Shown: positions 26,786 through 36,187 of the stretch, piece by piece | Layout: each line of letters starts with the position of its first letter | How positions within the stretch are numbered: the first letter of the stretch is position 1 | Source: an uncultured Eubacterium sp. | GTDB taxonomy: Bacteria > Bacillota > Clostridia > Oscillospirales > Acutalibacteraceae | Assembly (NCBI GenBank): GCA_934561395.1 | Contig: CAKTGF010000004.1 | Location: 170,936-234,935 of the forward strand | DNA length: 64,000 nt | Direction: 5' to 3' | The notes under the pieces: model-generated | Seen by the model: the letters and a program-made list of their open reading frames with translations, nothing else | The model's database searches: none | Told to the model about the DNA's origin: nothing | Program-made: the position numbers and the translations under genes

Positions 26786-27739
26786 ATGGCAAACAGAAGA
26801 GTTGCACTTGTTGGCTGCGGAATGGTTGGTATGAGCTATGCATACGCCCTTTTAAATTCCGATTTATGCAACGAGTTGATTTTGATTGATGTTAATGAGG
26901 ACAAGGCTCGTGGCGAGGCTATGGATTTAAATCACGGTCTTTGCTTTTCAAGCTCACACATGAAAATTCGTGCCGGCTCGTATGAGGATTGCCAATATGC
27001 CGACCTTGTTGTTATTACAGCAAGTGCAGGCAGCAGAAAGCCGGGTCAAACCCGCTTTGACCTTTTAAATAACAATGTCAAAGTTTTCAAAAGCTTTATT
27101 TCAAGGATTGTTGCAAGCGGCTTTAACGGCATTTTCCTTGTTGCATCAAACCCTGTTGATATTATGACAAGAATTACTTACGAGCTTTCGGGCTTCCCTG
27201 CTAACAGAGTTATCGGCTCAGGCACAACTCTTGATACAGCAAGGCTCCGTTATCTTATCGGCGATTATTTTCAGGCTGACCCACACAGTGTTCACGGCTA
27301 TGTTATCGGCGAGCACGGCGACAGTGAGTTTGTTCCCTTCAGCCAGCTTAACCTTTCAACAAAAAATGTTGAGGAATTTTTCAACGACGACCGCTTTAAG
27401 GACGAATACAAGCGTGAGGATGTTTTGGAAATTATTGAAAAGGTTAAAAATTCAGGCGCGGAGGTTATCAAGGCAAAGGGCGCTACCTACTATGGCATCG
27501 GTATGTCGCTTGTAAGAATTACCAAGGCAATTTTCGGCGATGAAAACAGCGTTATTACCGTTTCATCAAGGCTTAACGGCGAATACGGCTTAAGGGATGT
27601 ATATCTCGGCCTGCCCGCTTATGTTAACAGGAACGGCGTTAGAAAAATTCTTCCCCTTAACCTTCGTGACGAAGAGGTTGAAAAGCTTAAAAACTCCTAC
27701 GAAATCCTTAAGGACAGCTACGACAGCCTTTCAATTTAA
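26786..27739 (+). CDS. ldh: L-lactate dehydrogenase
   Basis: 'VALVGCGMVGMSYAYAL' NAD-binding fold, an active-site His context 'IGEHGDSEF', and the Arg in 'GSGTTLDTARLR'. Confidence 0.9.
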   Translation: MANRRVALVGCGMVGMSYAYALLNSDLCNELILIDVNEDKARGEAMDLNHGLCFSSSHMKIRAGSYEDCQYADLVVITASAGSRKPGQTRFDLLNNNVKVFKSFISRIVASGFNGIFLVASNPVDIMTRITYELSGFPANRVIGSGTTLDTARLRYLIGDYFQADPHSVHGYVIGEHGDSEFVPFSQLNLSTKNVEEFFNDDRFKDEYKREDVLEIIEKVKNSGAEVIKAKGATYYGIGMSLVRITKAIFGDENSVITVSSRLNGEYGLRDVYLGLPAYVNRNGVRKILPLNLRDEEVEKLKNSYEILKDSYDSLSI

Positions 27740-27767
27740 CAACAGTATTAAATTTAATATTGCAAAC

Positions 27768-27800
27768 AAAAAATACCGAGGCACGCCTCGGTATTTTTTT
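27768..27800. terminator. Bidirectional rho-independent terminator
   Basis: A TACCGAGGC/GCCTCGGTA stem flanked by an A-run and a T-run. It lies between ldh and the convergent IspD/TarI-like gene. Confidence 0.85.
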
Positions 27801-28455
27801 ATTTATGTTTTTTTGCTGTGAGGAAGGCCTCAAGGTATTTTAAGTCCTCGGGATATGTAAGCTTAAAGTTATTGTTAAAATCGAAATAAAGCTTAATTGG
27901 GGCGCTTTCAGGCAGCTGCTGCGTAACCTCCGTAAGCTTGGAGCATTCGTCAAAGTGCTCATAAAGCAAATTGAAATCAAAGCCCTCGGGAGATTGCATT
28001 AAATAATACCTTTCCCTATCCACCTTTTGGAAATCGTAACAGCCCAGAGAATCTGTAATCTTTTGGGCGGTTACAACTGCGGAGTAATCGTTAAGGTATT
28101 CAAAATAGCTGTCGATATGTTCGCTTGTTACCATTGGCCTTACAGCGTCGCAAACAATGAGCTTTTTGCAGCTGTAATTGCCGTGAATATAATCAAGAAC
28201 ATTTTTAAGGGTTTTATTTCTTGTATCTCCGCCCTGAATTAAATCAATATTGCCTGCCCTGCAAATATCCTCAAGATAAACACTGTTGGCTTTAACATCG
28301 GTGGCAATAACCAATTTATCGGTGCTGTTTGAATTTAAAACAGAGTCAATAACATATTCAATTATCATTTTATCGCAAACCTTGGCGAACTGCTTTGGAA
28401 TTTCAGCACCGAAACGAGCGCCCACGCCGTTTGCAAGAATAGCAACTATGTTCAT
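27799..28455 (-). CDS. IspD/TarI-family sugar-(alcohol)-phosphate cytidylyltransferase
   Basis: 'ILANGVGARFGAEIPKQF' matches the IspD/TarI glycine-rich CTP-binding motif. It is the last gene of the rmlAB operon, not an MEP-pathway context. Confidence 0.65.
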   Translation of the reverse strand: MNIVAILANGVGARFGAEIPKQFAKVCDKMIIEYVIDSVLNSNSTDKLVIATDVKANSVYLEDICRAGNIDLIQGGDTRNKTLKNVLDYIHGNYSCKKLIVCDAVRPMVTSEHIDSYFEYLNDYSAVVTAQKITDSLGCYDFQKVDRERYYLMQSPEGFDFNLLYEHFDECSKLTEVTQQLPESAPIKLYFDFNNNFKLTYPEDLKYLEAFLTAKKHK

Positions 28456-28461
28456 AATTTT

Positions 28462-29481
28462 TTACCTGTCAGAATACATTTTTTCGTAATAGCTTTGGTA
28501 TTCCCCTGAAATAATATTCTCCCACCAGGGCTTGTTTTGCAAATACCAATCTATGGTTTTTTTAATTCCGTCGTCAAACCTTGTTTGCGGCAACCAGCCA
28601 AGCTCGTTATGTATTTTTGCGGGGTCGATAGCATAGCGCATATCGTGGCCGGGTCTGTCGGTAACAAAGGTAATAAGCGATTCGGGCTTGTTAAGGTGTT
28701 TTAATATTGCCTTAACCACCTGCAAATTGGTTCTTTCGTTATGGCCGCCCACATTATAAACCTGGCCTACTCTGCCCTTGCGCATTACCAAATCAATGGC
28801 TGAGCAATGGTCCTCAACATAAAGCCAGTCACGCACATTTTCCCCGGTGCCGTAAACAGGCAGGCTTTGGTCTGCAAGAGCCCTGCTGATAATCAGCGGT
28901 ATCAACTTTTCGGGGAAATGATAGGGGCCGTAGTTATTTGAGCACCTTGTTATTGAAACCGGCAAGCCGTAGGTTCTGTAATAAGCCAGCACCAACAAAT
29001 CTGCCCCTGCCTTTGATGATGAATATGGGGAGGAGGTGTGAATAGGCGTTTCCTCGGTAAAGAAAAGGTCAGGTCTGTCAAGGGGCAAATCGCCATATAC
29101 CTCGTCGGTGGAAACCTGATGGTAGCGCTTAATGCCGTATTTCCTGCAAGCGTCCATAAGTACCTGAACGCCCATAATATTTGTTTTTAAAAAAATTTCG
29201 GGATTTTCTATTGAGCGGTCAACATGGGATTCTGCGGCAAAATTAACCACAATATCCGGCTTATGTTCCTCAAACATCTTGTTGATGGCGTTGCGGTCGG
29301 CAATGTCGGCCTTAACAAAGGTAAATGAGGGGTTATTCATAACAGGCTCAAGGGTTTCCAAATTGCCTGCATAGGTTAAGCTGTCAACACAAATAATTTT
29401 ATCCTCGGGATGATTTTTCAGCTGATAAAATATAAAATTTGAACCGATAAAACCTGCGCCGCCGGTAACAACTATATTCAT
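28462..29481 (-). CDS. rfbB: dTDP-glucose 4,6-dehydratase
   Basis: 'VTGGAGFIGSNF' and the 'YxxxK' short-chain-dehydrogenase catalytic context ('YSSSKAGAD'). Confidence 0.9.
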   Translation of the reverse strand: MNIVVTGGAGFIGSNFIFYQLKNHPEDKIICVDSLTYAGNLETLEPVMNNPSFTFVKADIADRNAINKMFEEHKPDIVVNFAAESHVDRSIENPEIFLKTNIMGVQVLMDACRKYGIKRYHQVSTDEVYGDLPLDRPDLFFTEETPIHTSSPYSSSKAGADLLVLAYYRTYGLPVSITRCSNNYGPYHFPEKLIPLIISRALADQSLPVYGTGENVRDWLYVEDHCSAIDLVMRKGRVGQVYNVGGHNERTNLQVVKAILKHLNKPESLITFVTDRPGHDMRYAIDPAKIHNELGWLPQTRFDDGIKKTIDWYLQNKPWWENIISGEYQSYYEKMYSDR

Positions 29482-29483
29482 TT

Positions 29484-30377
29484 TCAGTCCTCCTCGTGCA
29501 TTGCTTCATCGGCAACATTGTGAAGATATTTGCCGTAATCCGATTTGCCGTATTTTTCGGCAGATTTAAGCAGCTGCTCCCTGTCGATTATGCCCTTGCG
29601 AAAGGCAATTTCTTCGGGAGCTGAAATTCTGATTCCCTGCTGGTTTTGAATTGTTTTTACAAAATTACCGGCATCAATAAGGCTGTCCATAGTGCCGGTA
29701 TCAAGCCAGGCAAAGCCCCTGCCCAACAGCTTAACATCAAGCTGATTTTCATTAAGGTAAAGGCTGTTTAAATCGGTAATTTCAAACTCTCCCCTTGCAG
29801 ACGGGCTTAAACCCTTGGCAAATTCAACACAGCGGTTATCGTAAAAGTAAAGGCCGGTAACCGCCCAGGGAGATTTTGCTTTTTCAGGCTTTTCCTCAAT
29901 AGAAATAACCCTGCCATTTTGGTCAAATTCTATAATACCGAAGCGCTCCGGGTCCTCAACATGGTAGCCGAAAACCGTCGCCCTGCCATTAATCAAAGCG
30001 TTTTCCTTAGCCTGGGTAAGCAGCTTGCTGAGCCCTGCTCCGTAAAAAATATTGTCGCCTAAAATCATGGCGCAGCAATCGTCGCCGATAAAATCCTCGC
30101 CGATAACAAAGGCCTGTGCCAAGCCGTCCGGCGAGGGCTGCTCTTTATATGAAAGCTTAACGCCGTATTGGCTGCCGTCCCCCAAAAGCTTTTTAAAATT
30201 AGGCAAATCCTCGGGGGTGGAAATAATCAAAATATCGTCAATGCCTGCAAGCATAAGTGTGCTGAGAGGATAATAAATCATCGGCTTGTCATAAACCGGT
30301 AAAAGCTGCTTTGATGCAACAAGGGTTAAGGGATAAAGCCTTGTTCCCGAGCCGCCTGCTAAAATTATACCCTTCAT
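29484..30377 (-). CDS. rfbA: Glucose-1-phosphate thymidylyltransferase
   Basis: '[18 protein letters not shown]' and '[17 protein letters not shown]', the RmlA signatures. Confidence 0.9.
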   Translation of the reverse strand: MKGIILAGGSGTRLYPLTLVASKQLLPVYDKPMIYYPLSTLMLAGIDDILIISTPEDLPNFKKLLGDGSQYGVKLSYKEQPSPDGLAQAFVIGEDFIGDDCCAMILGDNIFYGAGLSKLLTQAKENALINGRATVFGYHVEDPERFGIIEFDQNGRVISIEEKPEKAKSPWAVTGLYFYDNRCVEFAKGLSPSARGEFEITDLNSLYLNENQLDVKLLGRGFAWLDTGTMDSLIDAGNFVKTIQNQQGIRISAPEEIAFRKGIIDREQLLKSAEKYGKSDYGKYLHNVADEAMHEED

Positions 30378-30379
30378 AA

Positions 30380-31519
30380 CTAATCTCCTAAACCAAGTTC
30401 TGTAAGTAGCTGTCTTTGTATATCTGCATTACCGCCCCTTGACACTACCTGCCTTGCTGACGATAAAGCCTGCCTGCGCTTTTTTAACACAGCATCAAGC
30501 AATCTGTTAAGCCTTGCCACAGGCAATAACAGCTTGTTTTTGTTGTAATACGGATATGCTTTTTTTAAAAATTCCCTGCTTGGGAACGCAAGCTTTGCCA
30601 GGGTTGAAAGCCTGCTTTTTCCAACTGAATCGACGGGAATTGAATTAACATAATAGCCAAAGCTGCCGCCGTCAAGCATAACGGCGCCAAAGCACTCCTC
30701 CAGCCTGCCGTCAATTTCAAAATCGGCTGAAACAGGGGTGTTAAACCATTTTTTGCACAGTGAAAGGAGCACCCTTGTGCATTGCAGTACCCCTGCGTTT
30801 TCTGCAAGGTGCATTAATTTTTCTTCATCAAAGCCGTTAATGCCTCGGGCCATAGCATCAATATCCATTAACATTCTGACCCCTGCTCCCCTGTATGAAA
30901 GGTGCTTGCACAAATGGCATATAACATAAATCAGCTCGTCATATTCGGACAGGCTGTAATTATAATCATATTTTAAAGCAGAAATATCAAAAATATTGTC
31001 AAAATACGGTGTTTTTAAATCGGCACCGCTATGGAACTCAACTTCCACGCCGCCAATATCAACATTTATAACATTTGTTGAATAATTTTTAATTTTAAAA
31101 TCGGTATTTTTAAGCTGTTTATATACACCGTCAAGGGTGTTTTCTCTTAATATAACATCAATGTCGCCGCTGGTGCGAAGAGCAGGCACAGGGTAATAAT
31201 TTTTAACTGTAACACCCTTAACAAATATATGGTCGATTTTGTTTAAATTCAAAAAATCATCTGTAATTTTTAAAGCACTGCTGCGTTTTTCGTCAGCCTG
31301 CACTGCGTAACCCAGCTGCTGGTTAAAAAGTGACTTTATATTTTCATTTGGCTGATTTTCAGGGGGCAGCAGCTTAATTTGGTTCATTAAAATGCCGCAC
31401 AGGTTATGCTTTTTTGCAAGGGTATATACACTTTGCCAATCAACATTTTCCCCTTTGGGGGCAGTGCCGTTTAAAAAGCTTGCCAGGAGATGAATAAAAT
31501 ATTCTTTTTCAGCTGTCAT
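30380..31519 (-). CDS. Pol-beta-superfamily nucleotidyltransferase of the uncharacterised NTP_transf_5 (PF14907-like) family
   Basis: '[16 protein letters not shown]' is a hG[GS]..D.D nucleotidyltransferase motif, and the protein is ~380 aa. The likely start is MTAEKEYF, which has an AGGAGGGGA RBS. The track ORF begins 60 nt earlier. Confidence 0.6.
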   Translation of the reverse strand: MTAEKEYFIHLLASFLNGTAPKGENVDWQSVYTLAKKHNLCGILMNQIKLLPPENQPNENIKSLFNQQLGYAVQADEKRSSALKITDDFLNLNKIDHIFVKGVTVKNYYPVPALRTSGDIDVILRENTLDGVYKQLKNTDFKIKNYSTNVINVDIGGVEVEFHSGADLKTPYFDNIFDISALKYDYNYSLSEYDELIYVICHLCKHLSYRGAGVRMLMDIDAMARGINGFDEEKLMHLAENAGVLQCTRVLLSLCKKWFNTPVSADFEIDGRLEECFGAVMLDGGSFGYYVNSIPVDSVGKSRLSTLAKLAFPSREFLKKAYPYYNKNKLLLPVARLNRLLDAVLKKRRQALSSARQVVSRGGNADIQRQLLTELGLGD

Positions 31520-31594
31520 TGCATCCCCTCCTAAAAATCGGTATATATTTATTATATTTGCAATATACTGCCAAGTCAAGGAAAAGCAGGCTTG

Positions 31595-32321
31595 CTAAAT
31601 TTTGCACTCGTCATAGCTTAAGCCGCACATTTCCTCAAAGGAGGTTTTAACCGCCTCCTCCGACATATCACAGCTTAAGGAATAAAGGGGTATTTTTGAA
31701 AGGCTGTTAATAAGCTCCAGAGTTTTTACGGTGGCGTTAGCGTCAAAAGGCATATAAACCTGCTTAATAACCTCGCTTAAATTAGCACCGAAGCCGATTT
31801 TTTCAATTTTATTAACAGTTCCCCTGTTCACAATGCATACTGCCTTTAAAGGGGCGCTGGAATAGTTTTGCCAGCCCTCCTTGCCTGCATAAGGGGTTGA
31901 ATAAATAGTTGCGCCGTTATCCGTTATTCTGATAATGGGCTTGTCGCCGTTAACAAATGCCACACCATTACCCAAATATTTTCTCCACAATGAAATATGG
32001 GTGGATTTTCCCGTTCCGCTGGGGGCGGTAAAAACAAAGCCCATATTTTTATAAGATATTGCGGCACCGTGGAGAATAAATCTGTTATAAAAAGGCAGTC
32101 TTTCTGCAATTTCACGGTAAATGCAGGTGGTTTCGGCAAATGCCGGCGAGGGTATGCCCTTGCACATTTCAACCTCTTCAGAAATTTTCTTTTCAGTTGA
32201 CTTAACCGAAAAATCAGGCTCCGCTTCAGTTAAATATTCCTTGCAAAGGTTAAAGGTATCCTCATAATATGTGGTAATGCCGATGTTAAGGTCAGCAAAA
32301 TTAACAGTAAAATTATACATA
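31595..32321 (-). CDS. HPr-kinase C-terminal-domain-like P-loop kinase (HprK-related kinase)
   Basis: 'LHGAAISYKNMGFVFTAPSGTGKSTHISLW...FVNGD' parallels the HprK catalytic core 'LHG..V...G.GVLI.G.SG.GKSE.AL.L...GH.LV.DD'. It is ~242 aa from an ATG with GGAG 6 nt upstream. It is the first gene after a TTGACT-N17-TATAAT promoter. Confidence 0.55.
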
Positions 32322-32382
32322 AAGCACTCCAAACAATTTATACCTTAATTATAAAGGCAAACCGATATTAAGTCAAGCAAGC

Positions 32383-32416
32383 AAAACGCTATGCAGCCTG
32401 CACTGCATAGCGTTTT
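32383..32416 (-). terminator. Rho-independent terminator downstream of the giant surface-protein gene
   Basis: A CGCTATGCAG/CTGCATAGCG 10-bp stem. A T-run follows on the minus strand (A-run 32383-32386 on the plus strand). Confidence 0.8.
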
Positions 32417-32425
32417 AAAACTGTA

Positions 32426-35400
32426 TTATTTACATACAATTGATTTTGTTGACCATGAGGAGTAAACAGTAACTTTTTTACCTTTAACGGTCATTTTTTT
32501 GTATGAGCGAACACGAACATAATACCTTTTGCCCTTTTTAAGCCCTGTTATTTTTTTAGCGTAGGACTTGTTGCTCAGGCCGTATGTTTTTGCACCTGAG
32601 AACTTTGAGCTTGTGCTGTATTGGTATTGATAGCCTGAAACGGCAGTGTTTTTCTTCCAGCTTGCGGTAACATATTTACTGCCTGTTTTTAAGGTAATTG
32701 TTGGTGTTTTAGGCAGGGTGTAGGTGTAGCAAACCGAAGAATATGCGCCGTAGTAATTAACGCCCTTAATGGTTTTATAAGCCCTTATCTTGTACGAATA
32801 AGCCTTTTGAGCGGTTAATGAAGTCTTTTTAAATTCAACAACATTTTTATCAGTAATTGTTTTAATAACCTTTTTAGCGCTCACATCATAAATTTGATAG
32901 CCGGTTACCTTATCGTCCTTAGTCCATGAAAGAGTAATTGACGAATAGGTCCTTGCCTTTGTTTTAACACCGCTGACAGCCTTTGGCACAATGTTAAATG
33001 TTGCTGTGGTTGTACCTGTGAAAGCAGGCGCAATGCCTGTAACAATAATTGTTGCAACGCCGATTTCGGTGTTAGCCTTGTATGTAACCTTGTAGTCAAC
33101 ATCCTTTTCTAAGGTTGCGCCGTTATATGTAACCACCGGGTTAGGTGTTAGCGCAGTGCCCTTGTATGCCTGGTTTGCAACCTTTGAAACGGTTGCCTTT
33201 GAAATATTATCGCAAACATTAAAGTTAACAACATAGGTGCCGGTGTAGTTGCCTGTGCCTGTAATTACGGCAGAAGCAATACCGGATGTGGTGTTGTTAA
33301 CACATTCAACGGTATAATCCTTGTTAAGTGCAAGGGTTGCGTTTGCTCTGTCTACATCCTTAACTGTAATTGTGGGGACAGGTGCAGGGTTCTTATCTGT
33401 GATAATGTAATATCTTGTTCCGTTAATTATTGAGCCGCCGCCCAAAGTTGTTGTTATTGCGCTGATAGGCACATTGTCGTTTGCAAGTGACTTTGGCTTA
33501 ATTTCAAAAAAGACGGTTTTAGAAGAAGCGGCATAGTCGCCCTTACCCTTGATTATAATTTTTGCAATGCCTGCGTTTAAGCACTTTGTGCCTGTGCCGC
33601 CGTTTGCATCCTCATAGGTTAAATCGTAATCAACGCCCTTAAACAGTGTAAGGCCGTTATATGTTACTGTGGGAACAGGGTTAATTGCGCTGCCGTTATA
33701 CTCGTAGCTGTCCTCAATACCGCTAACCTCTGCAAAGTTAATATTATTTGTAACGGTTACGGTAAAGGTTGCGGTTTTTCCGCTCACTGTTTTGGCAACA
33801 ATTCTTGTGCTGCCCTGAATATTCTTTGCAGTGATGGTTGCGGTTCTGGTAGAGGTTTTAACAACGGTTGCAATTGCCTCATTTTCACTTGAAAATGTTA
33901 CACTGTCCTCATCGTAGGCTGAAACAGGCGACATGGTAATGCCTATGTCATAAGTTCCGCCTGTTGCCATTGTGGTTGAGCTGATTGCACCGCCTGTTGA
34001 CGGGTTAATAAACGAAAGCTTGGTTGCCTTTTCGTAAACATAAATCGAGGCACTGCCGAAAATTGTTGTGGAGGTTGGGCTTTGACCACGCTTTACCGCA
34101 TAGCAATAGAAATTAAACAAAGCGGCATTCTTGGTTGTGATTGTGCAGCTTGTGTTTGTTGGGTTCATGGTGTAGTCAAAATAAGTTTTTGCATTATCAA
34201 GGCTCATTGATTGACCGTTGCCCACGGACACCATCCAAACAAAAACATCATTTGTTTCATTACCTGCCAAATCACTGCCCACTGCGCTTAATGTGAAAGT
34301 GTCGCCCTTATATGCCGTGTAGGAATTAATATTGGAATCGGTTTTATTAGCGTTTTGTGCGGTAATTTCAACCTTCTCGGCCGGAACGGCAGGAACAACC
34401 CTTACAAAGGTTTGCTGCTGCTTGCCAAGTTCCGAGGTTGCGGTAACCTGAACATCAACATATGCCTTGCCGTCAAAGTCATAATCGGCATTTGCGGTTG
34501 CGTAGCCTGCAGAGCTGACTGTAAGAGCGTCGGGATTTTGTGATGACCAGCGGATTGTTTCGTCATTTTGAACAGGAGTGGTGTTGGCAACAAGCTGTGC
34601 AGAGTGACCTGCCGGCAGTGTAACGGCCTTGCCGTCCTCCCCTGTTATCGTGTTGATTGACGCAATTTCTGTTTTAACACGAACCTTGCAGTTTGCAACA
34701 ATTGATGGGTCCTTATCGCTGTAAACATAAAGGGTGGTTTCGCCGCTTGCCTTTGCGGTAACAATGCCCTTGTCTGAAACTGTTGCAACGCTTGTGTCGT
34801 TAATCAGATAATTAACGCCGTTTGTGTAGCCGATAGGATAAATTGAAAGGTGCTTTGACGCATCGTAGGTTTTTAAACTTGAAGAATAAAGTTCGATTTC
34901 CTCCAAGGGCTCCTTGGTAAGGTTATTTTCATCATCAAGCTTTAAAAGATTAATTGATGTAATGGGGCTTGACTCGTTAACAGTGATTGCGGCAAAGGCT
35001 GCCAAATCTCTTTTAAGGTAGCCGCCCTTTGAAACAGCACTGCAAACAAGGTAATATGTGCCCGGGTTTGAAATGTTAAATGAACAGCTGCCGTCAGAAT
35101 TTGGAGAATAATAATTTGACGGAGCAAGAGTTGACATTGTTATGTCGGTATAAAGTTTGTAATCGTAGGTGTCGTTAGCAGCCGTATTTGAGCCGGTGGG
35201 CTTAGTTGCCGTAGGCGAAATTGTAATGCTTTGGCCTGCAATTGTTGTTAAACCACTCCACGAGTTGTTAAATTCGGACTTTTTACAAGCTTCAGCAAAT
35301 GAAAAGGTGTCTGTGGAAAGTTTGAAAGAAGTTAAAGCGGTACATTCAACAAGAGAAATTTTCTTAGTATAGCCATAGCCACTTCTGGGTGAAATGGTAA

Positions 35401-36082
35401 TCGTTGTATTTTCCGGCGCTTTAGCATCAGTAAATTTAAATGAGCGTGTGCCGTCATCGTTGCTTGAACAATCAAGATATCTTGCGTCGCTTGCAGCAAT
35501 CGCTAAGGAATCGTCATTAAGAGCGGGGTATTCCTCAAAACCCACCTCGGCAGTGCCGAAATTGGTTTTGCTTACATAGCTGTTAAGATAAAGCACATCA
35601 TCACTAGTATCGCTCGATTTTTTATAGTAATACTCATCCCCCGAATCACTTACGCCGTAAACATTTAATGATGTAATGGGCTGCTTTGTGGAAATTGTAA
35701 GCGACCGGCTTGCAGAGTTGCCGTATTTTGCACTGATAACTGTTGTGCCAACCTCACTTGGCAAGGCAACCTTTGCGGTTTCGGTAACGGTATAAGTGTT
35801 GTCTGCATTTTTGGAAATACGATAGTCATTTGTGGAATTAACAGGCGCACCGTTATCCGTGCTCCAGGTAAAGGCTGACTCTGTATTTTCATCGCCGATA
35901 AGGGCACTTTCGCTAAGGTTATCAATGGTTGCAACAATATCGTATGTAATGCCGGCATAGCAAACATCGTTTGTTGAAAGGGTCATATTAAACTGACCCG
36001 CTGCCAAGGCAAGCAACGGAGTTGTTGCAAGCATTAATGCGGCAATAAGCACCGCACAGCTTTTTTTCAATATTTTTTTCAT
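32426..36082 (-). CDS. Giant secreted/cell-surface protein (~1219 aa) with multiple Ig-like (Big-type) domains and two C-terminal lysine-rich Fn3-like domains
   Basis: Signal peptide 'MKKILKKSCAVLIAALMLATTPLLALAAGQ' after a GAGGTG RBS. It is Thr/Ser-rich with repeated beta-sandwich segments. The C-terminal 'SGYQYQYSTSSKFSGAKTYG...KRYYVRVRSYK' is paralogous to the GH43 C-terminus. I found no LPXTG, SLH or choline-binding motif. Confidence 0.65.
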   Translation of the reverse strand: MKKILKKSCAVLIAALMLATTPLLALAAGQFNMTLSTNDVCYAGITYDIVATIDNLSESALIGDENTESAFTWSTDNGAPVNSTNDYRISKNADNTYTVTETAKVALPSEVGTTVISAKYGNSASRSLTISTKQPITSLNVYGVSDSGDEYYYKKSSDTSDDVLYLNSYVSKTNFGTAEVGFEEYPALNDDSLAIAASDARYLDCSSNDDGTRSFKFTDAKAPENTTITISPRSGYGYTKKISLVECTALTSFKLSTDTFSFAEACKKSEFNNSWSGLTTIAGQSITISPTATKPTGSNTAANDTYDYKLYTDITMSTLAPSNYYSPNSDGSCSFNISNPGTYYLVCSAVSKGGYLKRDLAAFAAITVNESSPITSINLLKLDDENNLTKEPLEEIELYSSSLKTYDASKHLSIYPIGYTNGVNYLINDTSVATVSDKGIVTAKASGETTLYVYSDKDPSIVANCKVRVKTEIASINTITGEDGKAVTLPAGHSAQLVANTTPVQNDETIRWSSQNPDALTVSSAGYATANADYDFDGKAYVDVQVTATSELGKQQQTFVRVVPAVPAEKVEITAQNANKTDSNINSYTAYKGDTFTLSAVGSDLAGNETNDVFVWMVSVGNGQSMSLDNAKTYFDYTMNPTNTSCTITTKNAALFNFYCYAVKRGQSPTSTTIFGSASIYVYEKATKLSFINPSTGGAISSTTMATGGTYDIGITMSPVSAYDEDSVTFSSENEAIATVVKTSTRTATITAKNIQGSTRIVAKTVSGKTATFTVTVTNNINFAEVSGIEDSYEYNGSAINPVPTVTYNGLTLFKGVDYDLTYEDANGGTGTKCLNAGIAKIIIKGKGDYAASSKTVFFEIKPKSLANDNVPISAITTTLGGGSIINGTRYYIITDKNPAPVPTITVKDVDRANATLALNKDYTVECVNNTTSGIASAVITGTGNYTGTYVVNFNVCDNISKATVSKVANQAYKGTALTPNPVVTYNGATLEKDVDYKVTYKANTEIGVATIIVTGIAPAFTGTTTATFNIVPKAVSGVKTKARTYSSITLSWTKDDKVTGYQIYDVSAKKVIKTITDKNVVEFKKTSLTAQKAYSYKIRAYKTIKGVNYYGAYSSVCYTYTLPKTPTITLKTGSKYVTASWKKNTAVSGYQYQYSTSSKFSGAKTYGLSNKSYAKKITGLKKGKRYYVRVRSYKKMTVKGKKVTVYSSWSTKSIVCK

Positions 36083-36157
36083 TTTCAACACCTCGTATTG
36101 ATAAATATAATATTCTGATTTTATTATATCATTACGGAGATATAAAAGCAATCAATA

Positions 36158-36186
36158 AAAACCACCGAAAATATCGGTGGTTTTTT
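36158..36186. terminator. Rho-independent terminator
   Basis: An ACCACCGA/TCGGTGGT stem with an AAAT loop and flanking A and T runs. It lies between the MFS gene and the surface-protein gene. Confidence 0.8.
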
Positions 36187-36187
36187 G

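Noticed and set aside
30380-32332. The kinase/NTase pair being part of a lasso-peptide (RiPP) cluster
   Set aside because: There is no asparagine-synthetase-like cyclase, transglutaminase-like protease, PqqD-like RRE or small precursor ORF in the flanking intergenic regions (32333-32425, 31520-31594). They are therefore treated as an orphan tailoring pair rather than a RiPP cluster.
32905-35967. Several 60-100-aa ORFs inside or antisense to the giant surface-protein gene
   Set aside because: They are embedded in a continuous 3.6-kb ORF with a signal peptide and domain repeats. These are shadow ORFs.
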